Source: Azolla caroliniana
Lineage: Eukaryota > Plantae > Polypodiophyta
Direction of reading: 5' to 3'
DNA: 64,000 bases
Assembly: GCA_043228905.1 (NCBI GenBank)
Contig: JBHGNT010000013.1
Coordinates: 16,926,001-16,990,000 of the forward strand
Shown here: piece after piece, positions 40,401-53,371 of the stretch
How positions within the stretch are numbered: position 1 is the stretch's first letter
Layout of the letters: the number at the start of each line of letters is the position of its first letter
Notes under the pieces: generated by a model
What the model saw: only the letters and a program-made list of their open reading frames with translations
What the model was told of the DNA's origin: nothing
The model's database searches: none
Translations under genes and position numbers: made by a program

Positions 40401-41054
40401 CACCCCCGGTGGAGTGTACTTGAAACCCCAGAGGTGTCCACAAATCCGTGCGCGGAGGATCGTTTGGAGCGGTTACGCAAGATACAAGCGGATTTATCTA
40501 CTCATCTCCAGCAAGCTCAACAAACACACAAGGTCTACGCGGATCGTCATCGACTTCCATCTAGTTTTAATATTGGAGATCGGGTGTGGTTGCTACGACG
40601 ACACATCAAGACTACTCGCCCATGTGAGAAGTTGGATTATCGGCGATTAGGTCCTTTCCGTATTATTGGAAAGATTAATGATGTTGCTTTTCGTCTCGAT
40701 CTACCTCCTCAACTTCAGATACATCCAGTGTTTCATAGTTCTCTCTTCGAACCCTACCACGAGAGCACCATCCCAGAACGTCTTATCCAACCTCCACCCC
40801 CGATCGAGCTTGAAGATGGGCCGGAGTACGAGGTTGCCGCCATTCTTGATTCCAAGATTGTTCGCAACAAGCTCTACTATCTAGTCGATTGGCTAGGCTA
40901 TAGTCCCAGCGAACGTACTTGGGAACCGATCGAGAATGTAACCAATGCTCGTGCTCTTCTTGAAGACTTCCATCGTTAATATCCACACAAACCGGGTCCT
41001 CAATCCAAGACGACTCGTGACACTCGTCGTTTTAAAGGGGGGATAGTGTCATGA
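37466..41054 (+). pseudogene. pol: pol of copy B (PR-RT-RH-IN-chromodomain) in the -1 frame; 8-nt deletion near 38338 and a late stop at 40977
   Basis: LLDSGANSCF, YLDD, EADASD, HHCC/DDE and chromodomain; RLVV-DYR-GLN codons lost relative to copy A, causing a frameshift. Confidence 0.93.
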
Positions 41055-41331
41055 TATGGCAAGACTTGAACCCATGACCTTAGGTTATATGGGTTGAGCT
41101 CTTGACCATTAGACCATCTATTGTGATACATAGGATATTATTTTCATTTACATTTTATTAGTATATATTCCAGATTTTTCTGGAACATTCTAGAAGCTTC
41201 AGGATTACTCCTGAAAACACTATAAAAGAGGGCACTAGGCATTATGTTGAACCAAATTGGTTCAACGCCAGTCTTAAGCCTTTTAGCCACCGTTGTATAT
41301 TCTCTTCATATAATAAATATATTTCTTATCA

Positions 41332-41374
<43 letters not shown>

Positions 41375-41478
41375 GTCTCGCTCACTTCTTCCTTCTCTCG
41401 AAGAAGTTCCACACCTCTCATAGTACTAATCCTTCGTTTAGTACTAATTCCTTCTCTGTCTCAGTATTGTTCATGACA
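41047..41478 (+). repeat. 3' LTR of copy B
   Basis: Direct repeat of 35832-36253, followed by TSD TGTGA. Confidence 0.97.
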
Positions 41479-42970
41479 TGTGATAACTTACAGTGGGTTG
41501 GATTCCCCATATTTGAACCAAACGATCATTCACAAAGTTATGTGAGCTTCATGAATCAAATAAGAACAAATATGGTCATGCCCGTAACACTCGAGTTCCT
41601 TCCTCTTTTGTTGCAAGTATCATTTCTCAAAGTACACGTAAGATATATGTTGCAATTTGTTATGATATAACGTGAGGATACTTATTCATCACATATGCTA
41701 TCCTCGTTTATCTAAATATTGTAGGCCTTCCCCCGACATGAGACTCGTTTTGTATATCTCCTCCTTGGGAGAAGGAGAACCAAGTGCTTTTTTTTAGAGG
41801 AATCTCATTGACCAAGGTAACAAGTGACATTATTTGCGCTATTACTAGACGCTTCGCCTCTAGATCATGAAGAGGGCTCCTATTTATAGTACATGTTACC
41901 AAGGATGAGTCTGGTCTCCATTTTTTTATTTTTGTTTCCAAAACAAAATATCCTTCCATTAGTTTTAAAAAACCTATCAAGTACAAACTACAAAAGAGAT
42001 GAAAAAGAAGAGGAAAAAGGACTATCCCAATGACTAGCCATGGATCCTGCCGCTTACTTTCATCATACCAGAAAATGACATCATAATAATTAGACACCTT
42101 ACACATGCCAGATACATATCCTTAATAATGTGAGCACAATATCAAGATTATGAGCACATGTTTACCACAAAAAAAAATGGGGAATCCTCTTTGAGATAGT
42201 ATGTGTTCTGTTTGGAACTATGTTCTTGACCATATGAACGAGTCACAAGATGACAAAACTAAGTTTTACCACTACATTGTAAAGAATAGGGTGAGCACTA
42301 TGTTGACATCCCTCTATATAGGATAAATAATACATGATGATTCAACAAGCAAGTTTTGATGAAACTTACGATAATTTTCGGATACTTTCATTTCATATGA
42401 TTTAAATAATTGCATCTCATGCCTTTCTCTTTTCATAGTAGTATCAATTTCTATACTCTTCCCTCATATGTAGGAATTTATATGCACATTGCACACAATT
42501 CCCGCATTCTAACAAGATAAAATCACCTTGTGGTTTTAGGATAGTTCATCTACAAATTTCATTGTTGTCCTTAGGTTAAGCGGTTTGCCACACCATCTTC
42601 TACCATTCTTTCATTTTTTTAACAATCTTTGGAGAAAAAAACAAAACATCTATTTAATTCAAGTATATGCTAATGTTACGGCACATGCCACTATGCTTTA
42701 AAGTTCAGTATGGTATTAAATTGTAGTGGGTTGATATGATATTAAAATCTTAGTGGGGTGATACGTTGGAAGAATGCTACCCTTTCCACCTTAACCATTG
42801 AGTTCTCTATAAAAGCAAATAATTGTCAAGTATCCGTCCTCGTAATATCCTTTGCTCAATTATTTGTTCGTCATTTCATTTGTTCATTTAGCAGTGAACT
42901 CATTGTGTGGCTATGGCAACCATTGATGAGCAACCTCCTCAAATAGTGGTTGTGAAGACTAACAATGAGG

Positions 42971-43011
<41 letters not shown>

Positions 43012-43571
43012 CCACTAAAGCACACCATGATGATTTCATTGGATAAAATATTTGGAGGAATTTCCTTGGAGCTCCCATGCTCTTATGGATATTGATGTTT
43101 AAAAGATAGTGTTTTTCTTTAAACTATATCTTTCAAATTCTTTATGTAAATCTAGATAACGATCAAGTAACTACTCATACCATTCAATTAATTTCTTGTT
43201 CCACCATTTCATACATTGGTTTATTCATTTATTGGAGAGCATTCTTCTCAGATAGTGGATACAAGTGGCATTTGTGAGCAACCTCCTCATGTCGTGGTTA
43301 CAGAGATCGCAAGCCAGGTGATTTTTTTTTTATTCACTCACTCAAACACTGATTCTCTCTCTTTTTTTGGTAAAAGTACTCAATTCTAATAATTTTATGT
43401 AAAATCCATCTGTAACTTCTACATACCTATGTAGGGAGAGGGACACCCTATAAAGCCATTAGAAAACTTGAATACACACGGGAGGAAATGATCTGACATG
43501 CTCTAACATCCATAAATTCCTTTTTTAAGAATGCCTTCCAATTTCTTCATATAGGTTTTCACCCTATGTCT

Positions 43572-43573
<2 letters not shown>

Positions 43574-43645
<72 letters not shown>
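43574..43645. repeat. Compound (CT)n(CA)n microsatellite
   Basis: Direct reading. Confidence 0.95.
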
Positions 43646-43646
<1 letters not shown>

Positions 43647-44331
43647 GTCTCTATTAGCCACCTTTACACACAAGAAACAAAAATTCTTGAATAGACACGA
43701 TAGGAGTTCCCATCCGCTTACAGATATTGTATGCGTCTTTATCTACCACAACTTATGTTGTACCGTCTGTTGCGCGATCGATTCTTCGGCTTATGTAATC
43801 CGAAACACTGCTACTACATGCGTCTCGAGCGCTAACCGCAACATCTACTGAGCAACAATCAAAACAAAACAAAAAAAAACCCCAGAAACAAAAAGGGTTA
43901 ATTGAGCGATCGTAAGCAACAATGCGATGTAGGAATCGCGAGGTTAGGGGGCGGCGAGTACAGATGGAGCTAACCGCAGCAGCGTGTGTGTGCTGTGTGA
44001 TTAGCGCATTGCGGATCGAATGATCGATCGATCATCATGTGGAGGAGGAGGAGGAGGAGGAGGGCCAATAGCGACTTGGGTCGGAGATGGGCGGGCCAAC
44101 GAAGCGGACAAACCATATGAATTGAATGAAGGAGGAGGTGCTAATGCTTGTGTGTAATTTGTGTTATCGATATCTAGAAGAATGAAAAAGAATGAAGAAT
44201 GAAGAATGAAAAAGAATGAAAAAGAATGAAGAAGGGGGTAGAATAAAGAGAAAGTAAAGAAAATCGTCTTTCGAACTTCCTTGCCTTTCCTCAGTCTGAG
44301 TCAGAGACTTGTGAAGTATTCTTGTGTGGCT

Positions 44332-46093
44332 ATGGCGACCACTAGCCAGGTAAGATCTTGCCCCGCCTGCACCTTCCCCCTTCCCCTTCCTCTGATGGTT
44401 TTCCTGAAAACGCCCCCCCCGTATATCTGATGATTTTCCTGAAAACACCCCCGTCTAATATCCTTTCCTGTTTGACTTAGATTAGATCTACATACGTTTG
44501 ATCCTGGCTCTGATCTGTTCTCTGTCTACGTTTGCAACCCCGTTTTTTCTTTCTCTCTTTTTGTTCTTTCTTGTTTTTTAGGGCATCCAATACCTGGATG
44601 GATGCGCGTGCTTTTGACCCCCTTTCTTCTACCTGCTGTTTTTGGATAAATTCACAATTGCTGACGTTTTTTTCTTCCTCTTTTTTTTTTGGCATCATCG
44701 ATCCTGCCTTTGCCATTCCTAATGCGCATGAGTAATGTTGTTTTTAGCCTCTTTCTCCTGTTAAATTGTGTCCTTTGATTTCCTTCTATATCTGATTCTC
44801 TGTTCTTGGATGCGCTTAGGTTTTTAACGTTCTGTAGTTCTTTCGTGTATTTCGGTTTTTCTGGAAAAACAGACACATACATCGATGTCTTTTCCGAGAA
44901 GGCCTTCTTTCTGTTCACGAAAATGATCAATATATTCGTGTATGTGGTGTGAAGAGAAATTCCTCTCTCGTCTGACAAACGCCTTTGGTTGGCTGGAGTC
45001 TCAATTTTCAAAAACTGTTAGTTGAGAGGTCTGAATTGATCTATAACCTCACAAGTCAGTGGGATGTCTCCACACAGGCTCCTGGAGGCCTGCCAAGGAA
45101 AGATGGCCCAGGTCTTCCTCTCAGGTTGGGGTCATTCTCGCATTTTTCTTGGTTTCATTGCTGATTATCTTGTATGTCGGTATATGCTCCCTCATTTTTC
45201 TGGATTTCCAGGGCCTCTTGAGCTTAGAATGTTTGTAAATACCATTACTTTATATTTGCACTTCCCTCAGAATTAGGCCAGACTGGAAATTCTGAAATAA
45301 GTTTTCTACAAGTGATATAAACCCCTGTTTTTGAGCGATGAAGAGAGAGAGAGGGAGAGAGGCTTTAAATGATGGATTTCCCAAACTTATCCTGTATTAC
45401 TTGATTGGTCGTACTGGAGAAAATCCAAAACTTTTAACCCGTGGATTTCTATTTCCCAGCCTTGGAGAGAAAAGAAAATCTGTGTCGAGATGTCTTTTTG
45501 CATATATTTATGTCTAGAATTATCCCTAAAGCCCACTGGACTTTTCTTCAGGCTTGCTCTTTTACTTGTGGATTTGTTAAAACTTAATCGTTAACCTGTG
45601 TGGAATGGAATATGTTCTAAGAAGTAGGATCCAGAGTTATAAAAGGGTATCAGTTCAGACAAGCATCCAGATGTTTTAAGTCGCGGCCATTATTGCTAAA
45701 CTTATCACTCTTGATCTATTGACTTCTATCAGACTGTAGAGCTGAAAGTGGCCATGAGCTGCAATGGTTGTGTTGGAGCTGTGAAGAGAGTCCTGGGGAA
45801 ATTGGAAGGTACTCATTTTTGTGCATTTACATAGGCAATTGCATAGTTTGTCTATATAAGTTGAGAGACTTTGGAAGGAATGATGAAGCTTTTTAACCGA
45901 GTGTCTTATGGTGTTTGTTTGCCTTCTACTAGGTGTGGAAACTTATGACATTGATTTGAATGCGCAAAAAGTTACCGTGAAAGGGACTCTAACTCCTGAA
46001 GAAGTTTTATCGTCTGTCTCTAAGACAGGTAAAGCCACTTCATATTGGCCAGCCGAGGACAAGGCCGAGAAAGAGGATAAGGTTGAGAAATGA
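44332..46093 (+). CDS. ATX1: Copper chaperone ATX1/CCH-like HMA protein, join(44332..44349,45733..45808,45933..46093); first exon uncertain
   Basis: [26 protein letters not shown]|[28 protein letters not shown] with the MxCxxC motif; best first exon ATGGCGACCACTAGCCAG|GTAAGA; alternatives listed in findings. Confidence 0.9.
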
Positions 46094-48619
46094 AGATGTT
46101 GATGGTTTTAAGCATTCCCGATGTAACCCTATCCTGTCATACAAACTACTGGCATTGTCCAGAATAATGCATTCTTTGTACGTTGTAAAAGTACACATGT
46201 CATGGTTTTTTAAGTTTCTTTCTGCTTGGTAACAGGTTCACATGAAAAAAATACATGAAAAAAATATTTGATGAAAGTACAATGTTTCCTGCTCTTTGTG
46301 TATTTCCGACTTCATATGAATAAAAATAACATGTTTCGTGCTTTAACTACATGCATAAATATGTGTTGGTATCACATGTATATCTATATAATAATCTCTC
46401 TAATGTTTTTTTAGCTTGAAGTTTAGATGTAGATGAGTTTTTACCCGAAAATTGGTATGCACATGTCATAATCTTTATGGTTTTTTTTTGTTCGTCGAGG
46501 ATAAATCATACATTTATAACATATCTAGAATGATACTTTGGCTGGGTGGGTTAATCAGGCTGATTCAAAATCATTGCCCTAACGAAATGTGGCTTCTTGT
46601 TGTCTAGCTATTCGTGTTAATGAAAACCTTTGGAAGCAGATACTATGTGATCAGTTGAATTAGTTTTTCTTCTGCTTTTTTGGAACTGAAAAGCTCTCTA
46701 ACAAATTGTATGTGTGGTGTACCTGTTTAAAATGTTTAGATGCATGGTTTTTTTGAGGCACCATTATGTCTAAAGATTCAAGGCATCGTTTATGTCTAAA
46801 GATTCAAGGTAAGTAGTGCATTTTTCTGATCTGAAGGTTTTTGGAAGGTTTATGCATCAAATATTTCTTGATCTCAAGTGGATTGTTGTGTTGGAGCATG
46901 TTCTATGGCTCGTATTGTAAGTATGAACTTGCGTAGATTTGGTGATATGTAAGGAGTTCAGAGAGAGAATTGATGATTGCACTTAACAAATGGTAATATG
47001 GCGGTGTGCGATGATAGTGCTATATAGAAAGTTCAGACAAAAGCTAATTGCTTTGATATTTAATATGGCTAAGCTTATGACGGTGGTATACATCATGTAT
47101 CATGTGGTTCTTCGGATTTGACACTTATAATGTGAAATGATTGCACAGTACATTCAGGCATGGTATATGTTCTTGATGTTGGAGTATCATGTTTGTGGAA
47201 TATGTATTCATGCTATGCACTCGTGTTTCTAATGATCCTTATTAAAGCCCCAATACATAAGTATATATGCAAATACAATAATTTATTCTTGTGGCCATGG
47301 AAATAGAAATTTATTACCCTCGTATGTAATAGTCGAGAATCTATTGTATTGAAAAAAGTATGCTTTCCTTTCCTCTTAACTAAATGATTGATCAAAAAGC
47401 GCATTCCTAACATCATGAAAAAGTGGAAGACAATTGCGCTCATGCATTGTTAGTGTGATTAGTATTTTTATATATCTCATGCACTTTTTATTGGTTAGCC
47501 ACTTGATGGTGTGTTGATTGATGTTATCTCCTCAAAGCTATTGATAGTGAGCAGTAAGGGTATGATGTATCCGCACTTAGGCTTAGAGCTCATCACTTTG
47601 GCATTCATTATTTGTCTTGAATAAATGGCGTGACTATTTCAAAACAAATAATGTGGCATTATCTCGTAGAGAGTTTACGATAATACTAAAATCTGCCTAA
47701 AATGGGGAAAAAGAGTAATATTAAACTAGAACTAGTAGTATATATGAAAAATTGACCAAGAGCAGTATGTCTAACTAGCTTCCCTTACGAAATAACACAA
47801 GAAATAAATTGAATCGAATATGTAACTAATGCAAGGAGGTTTTTGTTTTGGAAAAAAAAATTAAAAAAATCTTGCCATTGCACAACTTGCATATGCTTGC
47901 TTAGTTATCTTATCCCTACCCTACACTTCTTAACTTTCTTAAGGGAAAAGCAAACAAATCCCAACATGTGCACTCCACACAAAGAGTGTGCCCCCCTCCC
48001 CCAACACACACAATCTCTATGTTCTGACAAAATATTTCAATTTGACTTGCGACAACCTACAAAAACCAAATAACCTCCTTCCCTCTTTATATACTTGAAA
48101 CACATAACAATTTTGCATCATGATAATAAGGCATAACAATTTTGCGTCATGTTTTTTCTTGCTTTTAGATTCACATGGTTAAAGGCTATATATATGCCAT
48201 ATACCACATGGTCTTCTCCATATACCATATGTTTTGAAGATTTACTATGAGTGGCAAGAGAAGGGAAGGAATTCCCACGTGACCAAGAAATAGAGGAGTT
48301 GGTAAAATAATGTCAAGATGCCCATGTTTCTCACAACTCTTGACGTCAATGATGTTCCTTACCTTTATAAAAGGTTCTAACGAATGATAACGTTGATATT
48401 TCAATAAACATATTAATCACAAAGAGACATTTTCCTTTGACAAATATTTACTTTTTAAGTATCAATGGTACATTTCATTTCCCATGCCATTCCAATGACG
48501 TTGACAATGGCATTAGTACCAAAATGACAAGTCGAGAGCAAGGAAAAAGGGGCAGGACGAGATAAAAAGGAAGAGACAAAGACCCTTGTTGTCACTACTA
48601 TAAAAGGTTATATACAAGC

Positions 48620-48796
48620 CACTTTGATGGGTTTCTTCACTTCTCCATTGAGCTTGAGTCATAACCCCCCTCTCTCTCTTTGTGAAAACACACAATCATA
48701 TTAATAAGTGTGAGTGAAAAACATTACAATGGTCCCATCAAAGGAGCTTGGGTGCTCCTTTGATGGGTTTCTTGACTTCTCCATTGAGCTTGAGTC

Positions 48797-48858
<62 letters not shown>

Positions 48859-49280
48859 TGAAAACACACAATCATATTAATAAGTGCGAGTGAAAAGCAC
48901 TACAATGGTTCCACAACTAAGTGGTGTCACCGTTGCATGGTACGGACATGCTAAACAACTGATAGGCAATATGAAGAACACTCCACTAAGTAAAGAATTT
49001 TGACTTGCACCAATAAACAAAATTGCAACATCAATCCTCCAACTTTCGTTGATATGCTCTCTCTCTCTCTCTCTCTCATGGAAACACATAATATTATATT
49101 TATAGAATGTATGTGAAAAGCACTACAATGGTACCAAGTGGCAAGAATGATTAATGTCACCACTACTTGGGTAGTGGGACATGTTGAAACGCTAACATGC
49201 AAGAAGAACACTCCACATAGGAAAGAATTTTGAATTGCTCCAATAAGCAAAAGTGCTACATCAATACTCCCTTCAACTTT
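48620..49280. repeat. Compound degenerate tandem repeat with embedded (CT)n tracts
   Basis: TTTGATGGGTTTCTT.ACTTCTCCATTGAGCTTGAGTCATAA twice; GTGAAAA.CA.TACAATGGT three times; AAGAACACTCCAC...AAAGAATTTTGA twice. Confidence 0.8.
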
Positions 49281-50213
49281 TGTAGATATGTCCTAATTCT
49301 AAGCGCAACATTCAAAGGTATGAGTTGTGTTGGCCCCTTTGAGAAAACTCGATCTAGGAACGAACACAACTTATACCTTGGCGTGTTCCATTTCGAAGGA
49401 TTGCTACCGAGTCTTCACAATCACATTCCTCACAATGAGCTAACTAAGGGATTGGGGGATGCCACTCCCCAATGGCAAAGATTAAGTTAAACTAGAATTA
49501 ACACATCAAAAGCAAGTTTTAACCCGTTGGTATTTGAGTCCTGAACAATGGGTTTTTTATAAGTATGTTCAAAATGGTTCAAATGATGACATGGAGATAT
49601 TGTTCCAATTTTTACGTTATTGGGGATTACAACACAATTGGAATATGGGTAATGCTTTCATGTTTGATAATAAACATGGGGTGAAAGCTTATATGAAGAA
49701 GTTGAAAGGTATTCTTATGTGGAATTTCTAGATGTTAGAGCATGTGGGGATCATCTCCTCAAATGCATATGCAGGTTTTCTAATGGCATACAAGACGTCC
49801 CTCTACCTACATAGGATAGGTAGGTAGAAGAGACTAAGAAGTGTTGTAATTGTGGATTTTACATACAATTAATATAATTGTGTGCTTTTACCAAAAAGAA
49901 AAGAAAAAGTAGGAATATAAAAAGATACAGATGTAGGAATTGCGGTTAGAGATTCAGAGGGATATCCTTGAGTTTTTGCTTAGATGGACCAATGAGACGA
50001 CTTCATTGCATCTTGTTTTCAATTCTTGATTCGCTAATCCAAGGTTGTTCAAGATTTTGGCACTGCATCCACCTTGATCCAAAATTCCTCTCAACAAGGA
50101 GTTCTCCTCTCCCTTTTATAGGTAGAGGAGAATTAAGATAACTAAGATAAGACTTTTTGTTATCCTTTTTATACTATCATGACTATCTTTTCATACTGCC
50201 TTGTCCTTCAATA

Positions 50214-50289
<76 letters not shown>

Positions 50290-51510
50290 CTTGTTTCCTC
50301 AAGTGCAAATGCTTTTGGTGATTTTCCTTATCATTGACTACATCTAAACACATAAGGCACTTCCAAGCTTCATGACATTCCTTATCAAACCATTGTTTCT
50401 TTCAACGACTTTTCTGGATGCCTTAGCAAGCTATGTGCTTTACTAAACAATACTTGTTTGTGCTAGAAAAATGACTTTCTTGAAAGCTTCCCATTTGCAT
50501 TCAAGTGGTGCATCATCCTTATCTCTGTCCTTTGTAACACATCCTTAAATATCTTGGAATATATGAGTGCTAGTTTAAAATTTATGCTCAAATATGGTTG
50601 TTTGAACTTTGATATACTCAATGACCTTCTTCTACTTAAACCTTTTCATAAATTTGAGGTTAATAAATAAAGTCCTATAATCGGCTCCCAAAATTATCGG
50701 AAAAAAAAATCTATAAAAGAGCGACTACACATTTGTATATGTTGTTGTATCCTTGAGATATGTGGCATGAAAGATTATTGTGTATCACATGTAAACTTCT
50801 TGTATGAGCATTCATGTCACCAAAGACAATAACTTACCCCTTTGCTTTAAAATAAGTAATATCATAATCTAGATTGACAAAGGTTGATCTCCATCCAAAT
50901 AAGCATAAAAGCTAGAATCTTGATGAGGAATGTTGCATCCATCTACACAAGTGAGTACGTCATTTGGTGGTTTTCTATTTTAAACATAGGTAGTATTTAT
51001 GTTCGTCATTGTTTATCATCAACACATATTTTTCCAATTCCCTTTTAATCAAACATGAAGCGTGTAAATACAGCGAGAATATTCTCGGCTCCGTTACATG
51101 GAGTGATCAAGGGACCAAAGAAAGAAGAATAGGTAGATAGGAGTACATGTTGAGAAGAAAAAATCACGAATAGAGCTTCAAGGGGGAAATCCTTGAGTTT
51201 CGATGCAACATCTCAATGAACGACAACCATGTGGCATTTTGTTATTGTTGATTTTGCATGCTCTCTTGATTCGCAATCCCTGAGCTTTGAGCTTTCTTTG
51301 GATTCCGACAATGGTCCAACCCAAACAATAAGCTCTCTTCATCCTTTAATAGTATTCGAGAGAATCTCTCGTAGTGGATGCTTTTTTAGTTTAGCATGCA
51401 CCACACTCTTTTTTCCCACGCACGCTCTACTTTTTCTCTAACACATGAAGTTAGAGAAAACCTAATCATAATGTCCACCATACTAATAATTTGTTCACTT
51501 AATCTACCAA

Positions 51511-51575
51511 GGTTCAAGTGGGATTTGAATTAACCTCCCACTCATTGCACATGCTCTTACCAATTGATCCAAACC
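51511..51575 (-). mobile_element. tRNA-derived SINE-like head
   Basis: Minus strand GGTTTGGATCAATTGGTAAGAGC...TTCAAATCCCACTTGAACC: A-box-like and degenerate B-box-like motifs. Confidence 0.45.
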
Positions 51576-53252
51576 TTTTTTTATATTACTATTTAGGACT
51601 AGTTAGAGACCTTCCTTGGTTGTTTTTTCCGGAAGGTCTCTCAGTCTAACTAAACTTCATGTTCCTCAAAGGGTTCTTTGAGCTCTTCAAAGGCACACCC
51701 TAACTTTATCATTCAAATTTTTTGGTATTCCTAGTTTAACTTATTTCCTCCTATGTGCACCCCACATCACGACATCGTTAAAAAAGGATAAAAAGGAAGA
51801 GAGAAGGAGACACACAATACAATATTTCTATTAAGAAATAGCAATCAGCTTTTGAAGTTACAAACATTAGTCTTGTTATAGGTTTATGAGGTATAGTCAT
51901 CCAAATCATGATGGCATGGAAAAATTAGAACAACTCTTCACTATAAAGTCGTAAAGCCTAACCATAGATTCCCGAGACTTAATTATGTGACAAAGCAATC
52001 TTAGTTACATATGTCCAAATTCATTAGGTAGCCCAATTTGAGCATAATGAAGATGCAGTTGAAGCTCTAATTGGAGATTAGGAAGTTCCTAAGCCCAATT
52101 GTGCATTAAGGTTAACAAAATCATGCTAGAAAATAGTTGAAGGAATAAGGAGGATGTTCACCAAAGTAAAGTAATGGATTTGATAGGAAACATGTTGAAA
52201 TATAGTCCAATATTGAAGGATAATGAGTTGCCAATATAAAATAGAGTAACATCCATATGTTGAAACCAATTAGCACCTAGAACCTTTGATTGTTGCTTGT
52301 ATGAAGGATAATCCAATACAAGGTCAAGACATGTGTGATGGAGGTGATACTTTGTCACAAAATCAAACAAGAAAGAGCCTATGTATGGCATAGAGATTGC
52401 CAATGATGGAGAGTTTTGGTACACCTAAATTATTTCAATCCTTTACATTGAAGAAATAAACAAAACTTCATTTCAAAACAAGTCAAACCCAAGTATGAAG
52501 ACTTTGATTCAATAGTAATGAACTTAGGAATAGAATACCAAAAGAGTACAAACAAGATAGCAAGAATTCTTGAGAAAGAATTAACAAACTGTATTAAAGA
52601 TGTCATATGTATAATAACACAAAGAGCACAAACAAAACAAGGGAAACTTAGGAACACATTCATAACTTGCATTGAGGGGGAAGGTTGAACAAACAATAGA
52701 AGAGACCACCTTTTTCTTGCTTAATGCACGTGGAACAATTAGTCTAGTGCATCTTTCCTATCTAATCCAGGTGGAATAATCAATCAAAGGATTTTATTTG
52801 ACCATACGTATGATACCCACATGGTCATTACATTTAACCAATTTACTTTTATTGTAGCTATCAATGGACATATCATCCACAACCAATATGAGGATGACTA
52901 AACTTCCAACTTTTTTGCCTTCTCAATGTAGAGAGTTTGCTAACATTTCAAAGTGGCAAGATTGAAAATGAAAGTGAAAGGTGAGAACAATTTCCAACTA
53001 TGGACATGTTAGCCATTACTTGAACACCTACAATATCAACTCATATCATTGACCGAAAGCAATAAGCATTAAAGTGAAGCGGCTCATGTAGGCAATTGTA
53101 ACAACATACACATGGTACACAATCAACATAATCAAACAATAAAAGTTTATATGATATCCTTTATTAAAGCAATCTAAAGTATATCATAAAACTAACATGT
53201 AGTATAACTGAAGTAGATGGTTCGATATTATGACATTCTACACAGGGACATA

Positions 53253-53370
53253 ATGCATGTTTGGAATGTTGATTGGCCATTAATGACACAAATTTTTCTT
53301 TATTGATTGTACTTGCATGTTTGGAATGTTGGTTGGCCATTAATGACACAAAACTTTCTTTATTGATTGT
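53253..53370. repeat. 60-bp tandem duplication
   Basis: TGCATGTTTGGAATGTTG.TTGGCCATTAATGACACAAA..TTTCTTTATTGATTGT twice. Confidence 0.9.
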
Positions 53371-53371
53371 C

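Larger units (their letters stand above)
35832..41478 (+). mobile_element. Full-length Ty3/gypsy chromovirus, copy B (same family as copy A), near intact
   Basis: LTRs 35832-36253 and 41047-41478 with 8-bp TIR TGTCATGA/TCATGACA; TSD TGTGA at 35827-35831 and 41479-41483; PPT AAAGGGGGGATAG. Confidence 0.97.
31052..41700 (-). mobile_element. Old Ty3/gypsy retrotransposon, interrupted by a hAT element and chromovirus copy B
   Basis: 3' LTR 31052-31501 (TGTTAGAGC...GCTCTTAACA) with PPT 31502-31515; PFTILKRIG..VFHVSRLK, SISIDFI..VVVDRLTKMARF, VETNASDYA, RT remnants; protease split into VDFHVM near 35720 and FLFDS*SSHNF near 41550. Confidence 0.85.

Noticed and set aside
40980-41054. pol reading through the PPT into the 3' LTR as a conserved feature
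   Set aside because: Copies A and B differ by 1 nt here and copy A stops before the PPT, so the ancestral state cannot be determined
48620-49280. CRISPR-like repeat/spacer appearance
   Set aside because: Eukaryotic context; the units are long degenerate tandem duplications, not constant repeats with unique spacers
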